Origin: an uncultured Eubacteriaceae bacterium
Lineage (GTDB): Bacteria; Bacillota; Clostridia; Eubacteriales; Eubacteriaceae
NCBI GenBank assembly: GCA_945867155.1
Contig: CAMBHL010000003.1
Span: 160,099-200,098 of the forward strand
Length of the DNA: 40,000 bases
Reading direction: 5' to 3'
Positions 36,172 to 40,000 of this stretch are shown piece after piece. The stretch's first letter is position 1, and each line of letters begins with the position of its first letter. The translations under genes were made by a program, and so were the position numbers. The notes beneath the pieces are model-generated. The model saw only the letters and a list, made by a program, of their open reading frames with translations. It had not been told where the DNA came from and made no database searches.

Positions 36172-37128
36172 CTATTCCTGACAATCTTTTAAAATTTTAA
36201 GATAACGGCTCAAAGCGTCTGTCCAGTCCGGCAGCGGTTTAAAACCATTCGCTGCGAGTTTCAACTTGTCCAACCGGCTGTTAAAGGGCCGCTTTGCTTT
36301 AGAAAGGCCATATTCTTCCGTCGTCACTGGCGTGACTTTTGTCGTATAGCCCGTCTGACGGTAAATTTCCTTCGTGAAATCGTACCACGAAATGTAGCCG
36401 GTCTTGGTGCCAAAACCGTTGTCTTCCGCAAGTTCGCTGTTCGTCGCATGATAGGTGCCGTAGCGGTCGGTTTCAATCATGTCGACCAGCAGCCGTGCGA
36501 GATCGTACGTATAAGTCGGTGTGCCGATTTGATCGTTGACGACCCGGACTTCGTCGTGGGTTTTGCCGACTTTCAGCATAGTCTTGATGAAATTATGGCC
36601 GTTGATGCCGAACACCCAGGCAATCCGGACGATAAAATATTTTGTCAAGTATTTTCGAACCGCTTCTTCCCCGGCCAGCTTTGTCTGCCCGTAAACATTG
36701 AGGGGCTTGAAATCCTTCTGATCCGGCTGCCACGGTGTGGTGCCCTGACCATCGAACACATAGTCCGTGCTCAGATAAACCATTTTGGCACCCACATCCG
36801 CGCAGGCTTTGGCAATATTTTCAGTACCGGTGACGTTGACCGCTTCAACTTTTGCGCGGTTTTCTTCGTCTTCCGCCGCGTCCACTGCTGTCCAAGCGGC
36901 ACAGTGCACCACCACATCGGGCTGCAAATCTTGAATGACGCGGCTGACCTGGGCCGAATTCGTAATATCCAGACTGACGTAGGGCATGTTCGCCACAGGA
37001 CTGCCGTCATCCATTCCGGTATACTGCTCAGCCAAATCGGAGCTGATACCTTCATAGCCCCTCTTGGCGAGCTCGTTCATTACATCGTGGCCGAGCTGTC
37101 CTGCGACGCCTGTTACTAAAACTTTCAT
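36172..37128 (-). CDS. rfbD: dTDP-4-dehydrorhamnose reductase
   Basis: 318 aa; KVLVTGVAGQLGHDVMNELAKRG, VVHCAAWTAVDAAED, YLSTDYVFDGQG, VNVYGQTK-type motif. Confidence 0.95.
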   Translation of the reverse strand: MKVLVTGVAGQLGHDVMNELAKRGYEGISSDLAEQYTGMDDGSPVANMPYVSLDITNSAQVSRVIQDLQPDVVVHCAAWTAVDAAEDEENRAKVEAVNVTGTENIAKACADVGAKMVYLSTDYVFDGQGTTPWQPDQKDFKPLNVYGQTKLAGEEAVRKYLTKYFIVRIAWVFGINGHNFIKTMLKVGKTHDEVRVVNDQIGTPTYTYDLARLLVDMIETDRYGTYHATNSELAEDNGFGTKTGYISWYDFTKEIYRQTGYTTKVTPVTTEEYGLSKAKRPFNSRLDKLKLAANGFKPLPDWTDALSRYLKILKDCQE

Positions 37129-37139
37129 CGTTTCCTCTT

Positions 37140-38114
37140 TTATTTTCTAAATACAATTTCAAAAATATCTTTGAAATAACTTTTTTTATAATCAAATAAA
37201 TATCGGCGGTATTGATTAAAAGCAAAAATCTGAGATAATTGCCGGTGTTCTAAAAATTCAATTCTTTTCCTTAAAAAATGAGTATAGCCTTTTATATCAA
37301 GGGGATAGCTTTTTTCTTCAATTTGGTAGCGTTCCATCAGCGTGTTCATGAGCTCCAGCTGCCTGTGATATTTTTTGATATCGCTGAGATACCGCTCTTT
37401 GGTATTTTTCATGACTTCTTTTGTCTTTGCCGTACTGGAAACGGGCATACCGCCCAGTGCATTACTGGCCTGGCGATACTTCATCAAAGATTTGGGAATG
37501 GGTACAATTTCGCCGATCGTTAATGACACAAGCGCCAGCCATTCATCGTGGAAATCACCATAAAACGGCGCAGCCTTTTCATAGACTTGTTTCTTAAAGG
37601 CACAGGCACTGCCCTGCACCACATTGCTCGCATACAATCTTTTATAATCATGATTGAGAAACAGCCTATAATCAAATTCTAATGTATTCTTCCAAAAAGA
37701 AGGATACAGCGGTTTGAGATCCTGATCGACCAGCGCCGCATCGTGAAAGACCATCGCCGCTTCCGGATGCTCTTCAAAAGCATGCATCATGACTTCAATC
37801 TTCTCCCGATGCCAGACATCATCCTGATCACTTAAAAAAATGATATCGCCATGACACAGACCAATCGCTTTTTCAAAATTTTTGACAAAGCCCAAATTTT
37901 GCGCATTCCGTTCAATGTGCACCGTCCCCGGCCAATCCGCCAGGCACTTATCGGCAATACCCATTGTATCGTCTGACGATCCGTCATCGCAAATGACAAT
38001 CTCATCGGGCAGGCAGGTCTGACCCGTGATGCTGTTCAGCTGTTCTTCAAGAAAACGGCTGCCATTGTACGTACACATCGCAACCGAAATGGTTTTTTTC
38101 TTATCGGTTTCCAT
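37140..38114 (-). CDS. Glycosyltransferase family 2 (rhamnosyltransferase-like)
   Basis: 324 aa; ISVAMCTYNGSRFLEEQLNSITGQTCLPDEIVICDDGSSDDT, IIFLSDQDDVWH. Confidence 0.9.
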   Translation of the reverse strand: METDKKKTISVAMCTYNGSRFLEEQLNSITGQTCLPDEIVICDDGSSDDTMGIADKCLADWPGTVHIERNAQNLGFVKNFEKAIGLCHGDIIFLSDQDDVWHREKIEVMMHAFEEHPEAAMVFHDAALVDQDLKPLYPSFWKNTLEFDYRLFLNHDYKRLYASNVVQGSACAFKKQVYEKAAPFYGDFHDEWLALVSLTIGEIVPIPKSLMKYRQASNALGGMPVSSTAKTKEVMKNTKERYLSDIKKYHRQLELMNTLMERYQIEEKSYPLDIKGYTHFLRKRIEFLEHRQLSQIFAFNQYRRYLFDYKKSYFKDIFEIVFRK

Positions 38115-39120
38115 ACATCTGCTGATAATAATTCTGATATTCCCCGTCGATAATCGGCTGCCACCAGTCTTCGTGATTCAGGTACCAGTCGATTGTCTTT
38201 TTAATGCCATCTGCGAATTTCGTTTCCGGCAGCCATCCCAATTCACGGTGAATCTTCGCTGGATCGATAGCATAGCGCCGGTCATGGCCCTTGCGGTCGG
38301 TGACATGTTCGATCAGGCTTTCCGGTTTGCCCAGCGCTTTGCAGATGAGCTTGACGATGTCGATATTGGCCATTTCGTTGTGGCCGCCAACGTTGTAAAT
38401 TTCGCCAACTTTGCCTTTGTGGATGATGAGATCGATAGCCCGGCAGTGATCTTCGACGTAGAGCCAGTCTCTAACATTTTTGCCGTCGCCGTAAACCGGC
38501 AGTTTTTCGTCGTGAAGGGCGTTGATGATCATCAGCGGAATGAGTTTTTCCGGAAAATGATACGGCCCGTAGTTGTTAGAGCATCTGGAGATGGTCACGG
38601 GCAGACCGTAGGTTCTGTGATAAGCCAAGACGAGCAAATCGGCCGACGCTTTAGAAGCCGAGTAAGGGCTCGACGTGTGAATCGGCGTTTCTTCTGTGAA
38701 CATCAGATCCGGCCGATCGAGGGGCAGATCTCCGTACACTTCATCGGTAGAAACCTGGTGATAACGGGTAATGCCGTATTTCCGGCAGGCGTCCATCAAA
38801 ACCGACGTGCCGAGGATGTTCGTCTTTAAGAAAATCGACGGGTCTTCGATGGATCGGTCTACATGAGATTCCGCCGCGAAATTGACCACGACGTCCGGTT
38901 TTTCTTCTTCAAACAGCGCGTAAACCGTCGGACGGTCGCAGATATCCGCCTTGACAAATTTAAAATTCGGCGCATCGAGAATGTCTTTTAATGTCGACAA
39001 ATTGCCGGCATAAGTCAATTTGTCGAGACAAATGATCTGGTCTTCCGGATGGGCGGAACGCCAATGAAAAATAAAGTTGCTGCCAATAAAACCGGCCCCG
39101 CCGGTGACAATAAGTTTCAT
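38101..39120 (-). CDS. rfbB: dTDP-glucose 4,6-dehydratase
   Basis: 339 aa; KLIVTGGAGFIGSNFI, YHQVSTDEVYGDLP, YSASKASADLLVLAYHRTYGLPVTISRCSNNYGPY. Confidence 0.96.
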   Translation of the reverse strand: MKLIVTGGAGFIGSNFIFHWRSAHPEDQIICLDKLTYAGNLSTLKDILDAPNFKFVKADICDRPTVYALFEEEKPDVVVNFAAESHVDRSIEDPSIFLKTNILGTSVLMDACRKYGITRYHQVSTDEVYGDLPLDRPDLMFTEETPIHTSSPYSASKASADLLVLAYHRTYGLPVTISRCSNNYGPYHFPEKLIPLMIINALHDEKLPVYGDGKNVRDWLYVEDHCRAIDLIIHKGKVGEIYNVGGHNEMANIDIVKLICKALGKPESLIEHVTDRKGHDRRYAIDPAKIHRELGWLPETKFADGIKKTIDWYLNHEDWWQPIIDGEYQNYYQQMYGNR

Positions 39121-39129
39121 GCTTTCTCC

Positions 39130-40000
39130 TTAATATTTTATCTGTCCGTCAGCGACGCGCTTCAAGTGCGCACCGTAGGGACTCTTCCCGTATTTTTCTG
39201 CCGATTCCCGCAGCTGGGCTTCATCGATCCAATGATTGATGTAAGCAATTTCTTCTGGTGCTGAAATCGCGATGCCCTGGCGCTTTTCGATGGTGCGTAC
39301 AAAATCAGCTGCATCGACTAAGCTGTCCATGGTACCTGTATCGAGCCAGGCGTAACCACGCCCCAAAAGCTTCACGTTGAGGGCGTCCGCGTTTAAATAC
39401 ATTTCGTTGAGTGTTGTGATTTCCAGTTCTCCCCGTGCCGAAGGCTGCACTTTTTCAGCCCGCGCACTAACCCCGGACGGATAGAAGTAAAGCCCAGTTA
39501 CCGCGTAATTGGATTTCGGCTGTTCTGGTTTTTCTTCGATGGAAAGTACCTTGCCGTCTGCATCAAAATCCACGACGCCGAAACGTTCGGGATCTGAAAC
39601 GTAATAACCGAAAACCGTCGCCTTGCCCTGTTCGGCGTCTTTTACAGCAGCCCGAAGCAAAGTTCCAAAACCGTTGCCATAAAAAATATTGTCGCCGAGC
39701 ACCATGGCACAGGGTTCATCACCAATGAATTCCTTGCCTAAAATAAAGGCCTGGGCCAGTCCGTCCGGTGACGGCTGGACTTTGTAAGACAGTGTGATGC
39801 CAAATTGGCTGCCATCTCCAAGCAAAGCTTCAAAACGCGGCGTATCTTCCGGGGTTGAAATAATCAAAATATCCCGGATGCCCGCCAGCATCAATGTCGA
39901 CAGCGGGTAATAAATCATCGGTTTATCGTAAACTGGCAGTAATTGTTTGGAAGTGACCGTCGTCAGTGGATACAACCGTGTGCCGGACCCTCCTGCCAAA
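39130..40000 (-). CDS. rfbA: Glucose-1-phosphate thymidylyltransferase, 5' end beyond the right edge
   Basis: Reading frame open to the window edge beginning [52 protein letters not shown]; the native N-terminal residues (usually MKGIIL) are missing. Confidence 0.95.
   Translation of the reverse strand, partial: LAGGSGTRLYPLTTVTSKQLLPVYDKPMIYYPLSTLMLAGIRDILIISTPEDTPRFEALLGDGSQFGITLSYKVQPSPDGLAQAFILGKEFIGDEPCAMVLGDNIFYGNGFGTLLRAAVKDAEQGKATVFGYYVSDPERFGVVDFDADGKVLSIEEKPEQPKSNYAVTGLYFYPSGVSARAEKVQPSARGELEITTLNEMYLNADALNVKLLGRGYAWLDTGTMDSLVDAADFVRTIEKRQGIAISAPEEIAYINHWIDEAQLRESAEKYGKSPYGAHLKRVADGQIKY

Overview
The window is a chromosomal segment of a low-to-mid-GC anaerobic Firmicute, possibly Eubacteriales. 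That placement is inferred from gene content only. Almost all genes lie on the minus strand. From left to right it contains: (i) positions 1-7148, a compact minus-strand defence-type operon with a PLD-like/SNF2 helicase, a DUF4391-like protein, a HEPN/abortive-infection-like protein, a type III Mod methyltransferase and the start of a type III Res subunit that runs off the left edge; (ii) core genes for RlmD, a DtxR-family regulator, YgiQ radical SAM, CobS, HPr, a HAD hydrolase, a DUF1858 protein, Hsp33, an acyl-ACP thioesterase, a stand-alone glutamate-cysteine ligase and a solo HicB-like protein; (iii) a cell-surface/galactofuranose segment with Glf, a left-handed beta-helix protein, a Wzy/O-antigen-ligase-like membrane protein, a lipoprotein and VanZ; (iv) coaE/polA followed by tRNA-Leu(GAG), tRNA-Gly(GCC) and a clear terminator; (v) galE diverging from an MtnK-like kinase; (vi) a frame-disrupted acyltransferase, a large GH25 muramidase with nine ChW-type repeats, and GtrA; (vii) a dTDP-rhamnose polysaccharide operon (rfbA/B/D/C plus GT2, GT14-like, GT4 and an acyltransferase) running off the right edge. 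The best candidate for an under-described system is the five-gene defence cluster at 1-7148. No CRISPR array, transposase, integrase or rRNA was recognised. All product calls come from reading motifs and overall protein similarity from memory; no database search was run.
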